Assembly: GCA_038144835.1 (NCBI GenBank)
Contig: JAYQON010000006.1
Span: forward strand, 1,959-62,858
From: Bdellovibrionales bacterium
GTDB taxonomy: Bacteria; Bdellovibrionota; Bdellovibrionia; Bdellovibrionales; UBA1609
Length of the DNA: 60,900 nt
Direction of reading: 5' to 3'
Shown here one piece after another: positions 1-7,750 of this stretch. Both the position numbers and the translations under genes were made by a program. A model generated the notes under the pieces. The model searched no databases. It had not been told where the DNA came from and saw only the letters and a program-made list of their open reading frames with translations. How positions within the stretch are numbered: the first letter of the stretch is position 1; each line of letters starts with the position of its first letter.

Positions 1-48
1 CTTTGCGGCTACTCAATGGCTAACTTTGCATCCTAATAAACCTGTTTA

Positions 49-83
49 AAGGCCATTAACGCTTTGTGTTAATGGCTTTTTTT
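49..83 (+). terminator. Intrinsic terminator upstream of the flagellin 1 promoter
   Basis: AAGGCCATTAAC-loop-GTTAATGGCTTT stem running into a T-tract. Confidence 0.75.
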
Positions 84-173
84 GGGGTCTTGCGAAAAAA
101 AAATTTCAACTCAGTTTTTTCCTAATATCAAATACTAGACGCGTCGCAATAATTGAAAAACTAGACCAAAGGC

Positions 174-200
174 TAAAGCTTCCTAGACCAAGGTCGATAA
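174..200 (+). promoter_or_regulatory. sigma28 (FliA) promoter of flagellin 1
   Basis: TAAA(174-177)-N15-GTCGATAA(193-200), near-consensus TAAA-N15-GCCGATAA, upstream of a flagellin. Confidence 0.8.
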
Positions 201-438
201 GACTCCTGAACACGTTGGAGCACTCGAAGCGAGTTCATTTCAGCAGTCACTGTGATGAGCCCGTCTAGAACTCCGAAGGCGTAGGGACAGTCACCCCTTC
301 GCCTTTGGGGGCCTCCAATAAACTAAAACAATTTAACCCGAAAGGGATGTCCTGTTCATCTTACCGTCGGCCGGACGCTGGCTGTGGGGGTGGGTTGAGC
401 AGCGGTCTTAAGGAAGGGCCAATATTCAGGAGGCCACC
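201..438 (+). promoter_or_regulatory. Long structured 5' leader of flagellin 1
   Basis: ~230 nt with several stems (CTCCGAAGGCGTAGGG/CCCTTCGCCTTTGGGG, CCC-GAAA-GGG, CTGTTCA/TGAGCAG); CTCCTGAA 203-210 can pair with the SD region TTCAGGAG 425-432. Confidence 0.6.
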
Positions 439-1269
439 ATGGGCTTAAGGATCAGTACCAACCTTGCGTCGGTATCGGCGCAAAGAGTTCTTACGAAGCA
501 GCAGCATCGCTTGGAGCATGCGCAACAGGCTCTCGCTTCAGGATCTCGAATCGTCAAAGCGGCGGACGATGCTGCCGGATTAGCAATTTCCGAAAATCTG
601 CGTGCTCAGGTCGCGGGTATCAAAATGGCTCGTAATAACGCCTACAATGCGCAGTCGTTGATTCAGGTTTCAGAAGGTGGTCTTAACGAAATCTCAAATA
701 TCTTAATTCGCTTGCGAGAGTTGGGTGTGCAGGCGGCGTCGGATACGGTCAGTAATGTTGAGAGATCATTTCTTGATCAAGAAGCGCAGCAGCTTATCAG
801 TGAAACTGATCGGATTGCTCGTTCCACCCGCTTTGGCAATATGCCTCTTCTGAGTGGTGCCGGGGAAGAGTTGGAATACCATGTGGGTGCCTTTTCAGAT
901 GAAAACGAAAACGTGATTCGCTACAAAATAACTGCTGATGCCACAGCGTCAAAACTGGGCATTGACTCTGTCTCAATTGCCGGCAAACAAGATGCTCGTT
1001 CAACCCTTGAGGCCGTAGATGCCGCGCTTGTGCAAATTGGTCAAATGCGCTCGGACTTCGGCGCTGTTCAAAGCCGATTGCTTATGACCACGAGCAATTT
1101 AGATATTCAAAACGAAAATTTACAAGGTGCTAAATCACGAATTTCAGATGCGGACATAGCTTTTGAAACGGCGGAAATGAACTCCGCGCAAATTTTGCAA
1201 GCGGCTTCGGTGGGAGTCCTTGCGCAAGCCAATCAAAACGGTGTGTCCGCATTGAAACTCATTGGCTAG
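439..1269 (+). CDS. fliC: Flagellin (paralog 1), 276 aa
   Basis: Flagellin N-terminal (ASGSRIVKAADDAAGLAISE) and C-terminal (SRISDADIAFE) motifs; SD AGGAGG. Confidence 0.97.
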   Translation: MGLRISTNLASVSAQRVLTKQQHRLEHAQQALASGSRIVKAADDAAGLAISENLRAQVAGIKMARNNAYNAQSLIQVSEGGLNEISNILIRLRELGVQAASDTVSNVERSFLDQEAQQLISETDRIARSTRFGNMPLLSGAGEELEYHVGAFSDENENVIRYKITADATASKLGIDSVSIAGKQDARSTLEAVDAALVQIGQMRSDFGAVQSRLLMTTSNLDIQNENLQGAKSRISDADIAFETAEMNSAQILQAASVGVLAQANQNGVSALKLIG

Positions 1270-1370
1270 CAAGTTGAATTTGTTTTTGAATGCGGATCTT
1301 TTTGACAGCCTTTGTAGATACGGCCGAGAAAAAGAAACGCTCGATATAATTTTAAACCATCTTAGAGTTT

Positions 1371-1447
1371 AGGGTCGTCGCCCACAGACTAGCGACCCTT
1401 AAGCCCGCCCTGGGGTTGCCCCACACACCCCAGGGTATTTTGTTTTC
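1371..1447 (+). ncRNA. Two-hairpin element ending in an intrinsic terminator (candidate sRNA or fliC1 trailer)
   Basis: AGGGTCG/CGACCCT and CCCTGGGGT/ACCCCAGGG stems, both loops contain CCCACA, followed by TATTTTGTTTT; TATAAT at 1345-1350. Confidence 0.45.
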
Positions 1448-1660
1448 TCCTCAAGCTATCCAAAATTTTTCCATTTTTTTAAAATTCAAAAAATTTTTGG
1501 CATTTTACTTTTCTAAACTTAGACCAACGTCGCTTGGTAAATCGTCGAGGAGACTTTGGTCTGAACATCACAAGTCATCAATTCGCTCCGATTTGAAATA
1601 AAAAAGCCCAACCTTGGTCTAGTTTCACCGCGACCATGGTCCAGTTTTCCAGGACTCGAC

Positions 1661-1687
1661 TTTAGTTCGCCCCGACCTGGCCGAACT
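1661..1687 (+). promoter_or_regulatory. Probable sigma28 promoter of flagellin 2
   Basis: TTTA-N15-GCCGAACT. Confidence 0.55.
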
Positions 1688-1913
1688 ACTAGGCAAGCAA
1701 GCGAAGCGGTCATTGGATCCGCCAGAGGTGAGAGTGCATTGGGAGTGACTGCCTGATGATAACTCGATCGAAGCTTCTGAGCGATATTCAGTTTCTGCTC
1801 CAACGTGTTCAACCAAGGCGCAGGGATGCGACGCTTCTCCACGATTTGTCCCCGAGTAGGTTCGGGGCGGGGGAGTCAGGCGAAGGGAGCCTAAACAAAA
1901 AAGGGAGGACCCT

Positions 1914-2744
1914 ATGGGTCTGAGGATTACCACAAACTTAGCCTCCATCTCCGCGCAGCGGTCGATGGCAGGCAGTCAGCGAGAAATCAATAAAAGTTTC
2001 TCGCAACTCGCTTCGGGAAGCCGAATTACAAAAGCGTCAGACGACGCTGCCGGTCTCTCTATTAGCGAAACCTTAAAATCCACTGTCCGCGGCTACGTGC
2101 AATCGCAACGTAATGCCAACGATGGTATGTCCATGGTCCAAGTTTCCGAAGGTGGACTGGGAGAGATTTCCAACATCCTGACGCGCATGCGTGAATTGGG
2201 TGTGCAAGCCGCTTCGGATACGGTTGGTGATACCGAGCGTGGTTTCATCGACAAAGAAGTGCAGCAGTTAAAGTTGGAGGTTCAGCGTATCGCCAAAACC
2301 ACCAAGTGGGGTGGATCGAACTTGCTGGATGGCTCTGGAAGTAACTACACATTTCAAGTTGATTTAAATAACGATGAATTTAATGACCGCATCGGCTTTG
2401 ATGCCAGCCAACAAGATGCAACCGTAGACACTTTGGGAATTTCGGGATTCGACTTTTCTGACCGAGCTGGTGCTCGTGAGGCGATTGAGATTCTTGAAAC
2501 CGCTCAACGTCAGGTGAATGGTTATCGCGCCAATTTGGGTGCGATTCAGAACCGACTAATGTCGACGGCGGACAACTTGGGTGTTGCGATTGAGAACTTC
2601 TCAGCGGCCAACTCTCGTATTCGAGATACTGATGTAGCTCAAAGTTCGGCCGAGTTAGCTCGCAACAACATCTTACTCAATGCGAGTGTGGGTGTGATGG
2701 CGCAAGCGAATAACCAGCCCGCAATGGCTTTGAAACTGATTTAA
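1914..2744 (+). CDS. fliC: Flagellin (paralog 2), 276 aa
   Basis: Flagellin N- and C-terminal motifs; SD GGGAGG. Confidence 0.97.
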   Translation: MGLRITTNLASISAQRSMAGSQREINKSFSQLASGSRITKASDDAAGLSISETLKSTVRGYVQSQRNANDGMSMVQVSEGGLGEISNILTRMRELGVQAASDTVGDTERGFIDKEVQQLKLEVQRIAKTTKWGGSNLLDGSGSNYTFQVDLNNDEFNDRIGFDASQQDATVDTLGISGFDFSDRAGAREAIEILETAQRQVNGYRANLGAIQNRLMSTADNLGVAIENFSAANSRIRDTDVAQSSAELARNNILLNASVGVMAQANNQPAMALKLI

Positions 2745-2769
2745 ATGATTCTTTAAGAGTATGTGTAAT

Positions 2770-2836
2770 GGAGGGCGTTCTCCTTCGCCCTCCGGTACCT
2801 TACCTACCCGGAGGATCTTCGTGTTCTCCGGGGTAC
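2770..2836 (+). ncRNA. Conserved two-hairpin 3' trailer motif (copy after flagellin 2)
   Basis: GGAGGGCG-TTCTCCTT-CGCCCTCC, then CCTTACCT and a CCCGGAGGA/TTCTCCGGG stem; same architecture recurs at 4081-4163. Confidence 0.5.
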
Positions 2837-3029
2837 TAAGGACACGCCTTTCAACCGTTTAACCTAGATCTATAAAAGGTCTACGAAGACAATGGTTGAG
2901 GTGTCTTAGGTCCGAGAGACTTTCATCGCAAGACTGATCCTCAGTCTTGAAAAAGCCCACTTAGGTCGCGAATTCCGCGACTGAAGTCCGGTTTTTATAT
3001 GCCTTTAGTCCAGATTCACCAGACGAGAC

Positions 3030-3056
3030 TTAAGCCTTCACCAGACTCGCCGATTG
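3030..3056 (+). promoter_or_regulatory. sigma28 promoter of flagellin 3
   Basis: TTAA-N15-GCCGATTG. Confidence 0.7.
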
Positions 3057-3228
3057 TTCTGGTGTGTGAGGCGCAGGACCTAGCCGTCCAGTGCCTCATT
3101 TAAAAAACAATAACCTAAAGCTCACGGATTGAATTGAGCTCTCCGGAAATAAGCTGAGTAGGTACGGCTTTATCCGGTGAGAGAGGGATTTCTTTGACTA
3201 AGCGCCCGTTGGCGCAAAGGAGAACACC

Positions 3229-4059
3229 ATGGGATTACGTGTAACAACAAATATTGCATCGATCAACGCGCAGAGATCGATGGCTGGCTCGCAGAGAGAA
3301 ATCACTAAGAGCTTCGCACAGTTGTCTTCCGGCAGCCGTATCACCAAAGCGGCTGACGATGCCGCTGGTCTGTCAATTAGTGAAACTTTAAAGAGCACAA
3401 TTCGTGGCTACAATCAGGCGCAACGTAACGCCAGTGATGCCATGTCCATGGTAGCTGTTGCTGAAGGTGGTCTTGGTGAGATTTCAAACATCTTAACTCG
3501 TCTACGTGAACTTGGTGTCCAGGCTTCCTCAGACACGGTTGGCGACACCGAAAGAAAGTTTATTGACAGTGAAGTTCAGCAGCTCAAGCTTGAAGCTGAA
3601 CGTATCTCTCAGAGTACTAAATACGGAAAAACGACTCTCATTAACGGTCAGGGTGAAAAGTTCGAGTTCCAAGTAGATATTAATAACGACGACTTCGTCG
3701 ATCGCATTGGCTTCCACCCCAGTGAAATTGATGCCACGACTAACAATCTGGGAATCTCGGGTTTCGACTTTTCGGATAAATTCCAAGCGCGCGAATCTCT
3801 CGAGGTCCTGGAAGAAGCTCAACGCACCGTCAACGGTCATCGCGCCACTCTCGGTGCGATTCAGAACCGATTAGTTTCAACTTCTGAAAATCTGGGTGTG
3901 GCTATCGAGAACTTTTCAGGAGCGAATTCACGTATCCGCGACACTGACATCGCTCAAAGCTCCTCGGAGTTGACACGCAATAATATTCTTCTGAACGCGA
4001 CGGTGGGTGTGTTGGCCCAGGCCAATCAGGCTCCATCTGCGGCTCTGAAGCTTCTCTAA
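3229..4059 (+). CDS. fliC: Flagellin (paralog 3), 276 aa
   Basis: Flagellin motifs; highly similar to paralog 2; SD AAGGAG. Confidence 0.97.
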   Translation: MGLRVTTNIASINAQRSMAGSQREITKSFAQLSSGSRITKAADDAAGLSISETLKSTIRGYNQAQRNASDAMSMVAVAEGGLGEISNILTRLRELGVQASSDTVGDTERKFIDSEVQQLKLEAERISQSTKYGKTTLINGQGEKFEFQVDINNDDFVDRIGFHPSEIDATTNNLGISGFDFSDKFQARESLEVLEEAQRTVNGHRATLGAIQNRLVSTSENLGVAIENFSGANSRIRDTDIAQSSSELTRNNILLNATVGVLAQANQAPSAALKLL

Positions 4060-4080
4060 TTTTAATATTGAATTTGATTC

Positions 4081-4163
4081 GCGGGAGATTGAGTTCTCCG
4101 TCTCCCGTGAGCCTTACCTTCCCCGGGAGGAATTCTGTAAAGGACAACTTCCGGGGTGCTTTT
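4081..4163 (+). ncRNA. Conserved two-hairpin 3' trailer motif / terminator (copy after flagellin 3)
   Basis: GCGGGAGA-(loop with GTTCTCC)-TCTCCCGT, CCTTACCT, CCCCGG..CCGGGG stem, then TTTT. Confidence 0.5.
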
Positions 4164-4202
4164 GTTGGTAAGTAAACCAATTTTTTAGGAAGTAAATCTC
4201 GT

Positions 4203-4808
4203 ATGAGACTCAACCAAAAAATTTTTCTTCTTATCTTGACGGTGCAAGTTGTGAATATTCACGCTACCAGTTTAAAAAAGGCCCACATCAAGGCGGGAAT
4301 TTATACCAACGGCAAATGTATTGTGATCGTGGAGCAAGACAAGCAAGGCAACCCTTTTGTAGAAATCGTGATGGCGTCTGATAAGCGAGCAAAGCTGTGC
4401 GACTCAGATGTGGATAAAGATTGCGGCGATATTCAAATACCGATTCGTCCAAGAATTACAGATCGAGGGGTAAACGATTTTTCTCTTTACCCGCGCAAAG
4501 TCGTGGAAAAAAATTTTCAAAGGAAGTCAGATGGCGCTATTGAAGTGACATTTGAGTCAAAAGAACAAAATGCTCTCATTTTCAATATTCATCACAGTCA
4601 GCTTTCACTCACGCTCAACGCTCACGGGCAGGTGACCGATGCGGCGGGTATGTGGGCGTTGGCCGAGGGTCGCTTTTCTGGATTAAAAATTTACTCTCGT
4701 GTGGTGGACCGCTGTAAGGGTCTCAAAGAGGATTCGCCTGCCGACCAGTCCGACCTGCCAAAGCCGAATAACCCTTCATCAAAACAGGATGTTAAAATTT
4801 CGCGTTGA
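4203..4808 (+). CDS. Hypothetical exported protein
   Basis: 201-aa ORF with an N-terminal hydrophobic signal-like segment and 4 Cys. Confidence 0.7.
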   Translation: MRLNQKIFLLILTVQVVNIHATSLKKAHIKAGIYTNGKCIVIVEQDKQGNPFVEIVMASDKRAKLCDSDVDKDCGDIQIPIRPRITDRGVNDFSLYPRKVVEKNFQRKSDGAIEVTFESKEQNALIFNIHHSQLSLTLNAHGQVTDAAGMWALAEGRFSGLKIYSRVVDRCKGLKEDSPADQSDLPKPNNPSSKQDVKISR

Positions 4809-4901
4809 AGGACCTGATAGGATTATTATCTTGGCATCACAAATGCTTCTGTGATTTGCAAAGATCTAATGCCTACTCATTCAAAATAGGAAAAGGTCCA
4901 A

Positions 4902-6083
4902 GTGAACTTCTTTCAACTCTCTGTACAAAGATTAGCCATACCCTTGTGTCTAACGACAATCCTTAGTGGGCCACCTCTGGCTTTAGCTCAGTCAAAGGAT
5001 GATTGTGAAAAGGCACTGATTGCGAGTCGTTCTCTGCCTCTTACAAAAGATGTGGTTATTAAAACCATTTTGGCTCTACGAGATAACGGCCATCCTATAA
5101 ACCACAAAGCGATGGAGAGAGGTCGAAGCCCCGAGTCAAGGGAGGTGATTGGCTCGATTGTAGGCCGTCCCTTTTATTCTAAAACAATCCTTAAAGCTGG
5201 AGAAAGGGAGTTTGGAGGTTGGGATAAGGCGCTTGTGGCTGCGGGAATAGATCCCAAAACCGTTCGTATTCGTAAGCCCAGTGTTCCTTTGTCAGAGTTG
5301 AATCTGATTGCCATAGTTCAGCGGCTCAATGAGTTAGGTATTCCATTGAGAGCTAGAGCCGTGGCCAGAGCTGGTAGCGACTTTGAGGAGCTCTGTCTGC
5401 GGGAGTTTGGTTACTCTCTTCAAGGTGATTCTTTGTACGCCGCTGCAGATATGTATCATGGAAGTTGGCAAAACCTTATGAAAGCTGCCGGTATTCCAAA
5501 AGATCGTTGGGAGCCAGAACGAAGTAAATGGACAAAGGCTCAGATCATTGCGGCCATTCAGGCTCTTCAAAGCTCGGGAGTCAAACTGCACATTGGATTT
5601 TTTAGACGTGACCTAGAGGGAAAGGTTAAAAAAACATTATTGGCAAAAATTGGTAGAGCTTCAAGTGGTGCCGGGCTGTACCAGGCCGCATTGGTTCATT
5701 TTGGAGGTTGGTCAGAGGCATTGAAAGCGGCTGGGCTTGATCCGAGTTTGTATGTGATCTGGAGTAAAAAGACTAAATTCGGACAAACGGGTGAAGATGC
5801 ACTTAACGAGGAAGAAGAAGATGAGTTGAATTCTATTTCTCCAGAATTTCGCAATGTTACCGATGAAAAGGTAATCGCGACTTTGATTCGATTACATCGA
5901 GCTTCGGTGAATCTCTTTCCAGATAATTTTTTGCTCGATGATTCCTCTCTTACAGCAAAGATTCTAGAAGAAACTTTGGGTGTAAGAGTCACCACCTCTC
6001 AATTCTATTATCATGTTAAATGGCGTTTCTGGGGCTGGGCCGAAGCACTTGCGGAAGCTAAAATATTTTTGAATCGGTATTGA
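4902..6083 (+). CDS. Exported protein with homing-endonuclease-associated (FGxWxxALxAAG) repeats
   Basis: Signal peptide ending ALA; four repeats ending FGGWDKALVAAG, HGSWQNLMKAAG, FGGWSEALKAAG, FWGWAEALAEAK. Confidence 0.75.
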   Translation: MNFFQLSVQRLAIPLCLTTILSGPPLALAQSKDDCEKALIASRSLPLTKDVVIKTILALRDNGHPINHKAMERGRSPESREVIGSIVGRPFYSKTILKAGEREFGGWDKALVAAGIDPKTVRIRKPSVPLSELNLIAIVQRLNELGIPLRARAVARAGSDFEELCLREFGYSLQGDSLYAAADMYHGSWQNLMKAAGIPKDRWEPERSKWTKAQIIAAIQALQSSGVKLHIGFFRRDLEGKVKKTLLAKIGRASSGAGLYQAALVHFGGWSEALKAAGLDPSLYVIWSKKTKFGQTGEDALNEEEEDELNSISPEFRNVTDEKVIATLIRLHRASVNLFPDNFLLDDSSLTAKILEETLGVRVTTSQFYYHVKWRFWGWAEALAEAKIFLNRY

Positions 6084-6104
6084 GCTTGGTGTGAGCTCAA
6101 TTGT

Positions 6105-7670
6105 CTAGCGCGGCTTAACCAGACAACTGCGCATAAACTCTCTCTCTTTGCCGGGTTCGACGTGCTTTTTTAAATAGTTGTCGATTTTCTGTAGCAAAGT
6201 TGGGCCATCTTCCTTGAGGATAGCCGAGAGAACAAAATCTAAGCGGCGCAGTTCGTCGTAAGCGGCTTCGCGGGTCGCGGAAGACGAAAGTAGTGGTAAG
6301 CGTGAACGCACAAGGTCCTCGTTGAATTCGCCAATAAAAGACGCTCGCTCAACGTTTTCCTTAAGAGAGGACTTAAATGGCAGCAGTTTTGGATTGGTCG
6401 CCTTGATTGAATCGATAGTGACAGTACTATGCGTGAGGTCTGCGCGAACGACAGTAGGAGCTGTTCCCGCTGAGGGCGGCTCTGAACTTACAGTTACGGT
6501 TTCGCGACTCTTTGTACCCTTCGTTCCGATCTGAATTTTTATGACATCATCATTTTTGAGAGTATCTTTGAGTAGCTGCGCGAGGTGTGGGACTTCTTCT
6601 TTTGCCGCCTTTAATCCTTTGGTCACAATTTGCAAGGCATAGCCGCCACCAATGATACCTGTGAGGGCCTTACAAATCATTTTAGTCCCGGCTCTGCGGT
6701 TGAGACAGGGAATCTGTTCCCAGTTCTTAACCAACTCTGTAACCACGGCCTTTACTAGCTTTTTACTGACTCCGATGGGATCGTTCCAAATTGCCGATGC
6801 TCCGTAGCCCACAGCAGCCGCAACTTCAGCGCGATACTTTGAATCCCAAGTGAAATTCCAGGCTCCCTTCAGAACAGACCAAGCTCCAGACACCAGGTGT
6901 TCAGTGGCTTCGTAAATGCCCTGACCGCAGCCAACTGGCGTTGCAAAGGTGCTTTCCTGATAAAGATAATCAAGGGTAATTCCAGGTTCGTCTTTACGCT
7001 TCAAATCTTTGGGATTTACGCCCTTGCACTTATCGGCCTTGGCTTTGATGACTGGAGGCATTGGTTGAGCCAATTCCGCAGTCGTCGACTTCTCTTGGCC
7101 GCAGCAGACCTGCGCCTCGGTCTCGATATCGCCTTCTGAGTGGGCGTTAGCGACAGAGCGTGAATTCCATTTTGGTGCTAATCTCTCAAGCAGCAGATTA
7201 GGTTTTTCTATTTGCTCTTGGTCGAGTGGGAAGGTGATGGCGGTGAGACGAGTTTTTTCTGGTGCAGAGTAGAGACGTTCAAATGCCTGCATCCAAACCC
7301 CACCAGGGGTTCGATAACGCATACGAATCTCCATCACAGCACTATCTAGGCCGAATCTACGTACAGAGACGTGATCGATGCGGATATTGGTGAAGCCTAG
7401 CATATCGAATAATCGCTCTCGTTCCCTTAGAATAATAGATTTTTCAGATTCTAGATTTTTAGCTGAAGATTCGACTCGGGAGTTGCGGCGAACATCCACA
7501 AGAATTGCATTTGCTGAGTGGTCTGGTTTGCGCCAAAGATGTGCGGGTTCTTGATGACTGTACTCCCAATGGGCCGGCATAAGCGAAGATGGACCAGCAT
7601 GAGCTGGACAAAGGTAAAAAAATAACGCTGAGAAAATTGCTAGACTTCTGAACGATATCTTATTTTTCAT
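6105..7670 (-). CDS. Hypothetical exported protein
   Basis: Long ORF; signal peptide MKNKISF...PAHA from ATG 7670; Gly/Ala-rich amphipathic central segment. Confidence 0.75.
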   Translation of the reverse strand: MKNKISFRSLAIFSALFFYLCPAHAGPSSLMPAHWEYSHQEPAHLWRKPDHSANAILVDVRRNSRVESSAKNLESEKSIILRERERLFDMLGFTNIRIDHVSVRRFGLDSAVMEIRMRYRTPGGVWMQAFERLYSAPEKTRLTAITFPLDQEQIEKPNLLLERLAPKWNSRSVANAHSEGDIETEAQVCCGQEKSTTAELAQPMPPVIKAKADKCKGVNPKDLKRKDEPGITLDYLYQESTFATPVGCGQGIYEATEHLVSGAWSVLKGAWNFTWDSKYRAEVAAAVGYGASAIWNDPIGVSKKLVKAVVTELVKNWEQIPCLNRRAGTKMICKALTGIIGGGYALQIVTKGLKAAKEEVPHLAQLLKDTLKNDDVIKIQIGTKGTKSRETVTVSSEPPSAGTAPTVVRADLTHSTVTIDSIKATNPKLLPFKSSLKENVERASFIGEFNEDLVRSRLPLLSSSATREAAYDELRRLDFVLSAILKEDGPTLLQKIDNYLKKHVEPGKEREFMRSCLVKPR

Positions 7671-7715
7671 CTGCGTCTCCAATCGGGATCACGCAAAATT
7701 ATCTCAAGTCCAGAC

Positions 7716-7742
7716 TCAGTGACCGATCGGGCTTGCCGATAA
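7716..7742 (+). promoter_or_regulatory. sigma28-type promoter for the Fic/ART-like operon
   Basis: TCAG-N15-GCCGATAA (perfect -10), ending 8 nt before ATG 7751. Confidence 0.65.
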
Positions 7743-7750
7743 TCTATTGA

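Noticed and set aside
207..1811. 16-bp inverted repeat as an invertible phase-variation switch, or as a TnpB/TldR-type guide-target pair
   Set aside because: No recombinase or TnpB/Cas12-like gene is in the window. Inversion would not place either flagellin under a useful promoter. The gapped extension of the complementarity fits RNA pairing better. A trans-encoded protein cannot be excluded.
1416..1948. ORFs 1416-1601, 1519-1842 and 1625-1948 in the fliC1-fliC2 spacer
   Set aside because: No recognisable protein features; they overlap promoter and structured leader elements.
201..3228. Known riboswitch (c-di-GMP-I/II, glycine) in the flagellin leaders
   Set aside because: I could not match the consensus cores by eye; an Rfam search is needed.
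439..4059. Three flagellins of identical short length (276 aa)
   Set aside because: Multiple short flagellins are already known for sheathed-flagellum Bdellovibrionota; not novel in itself.
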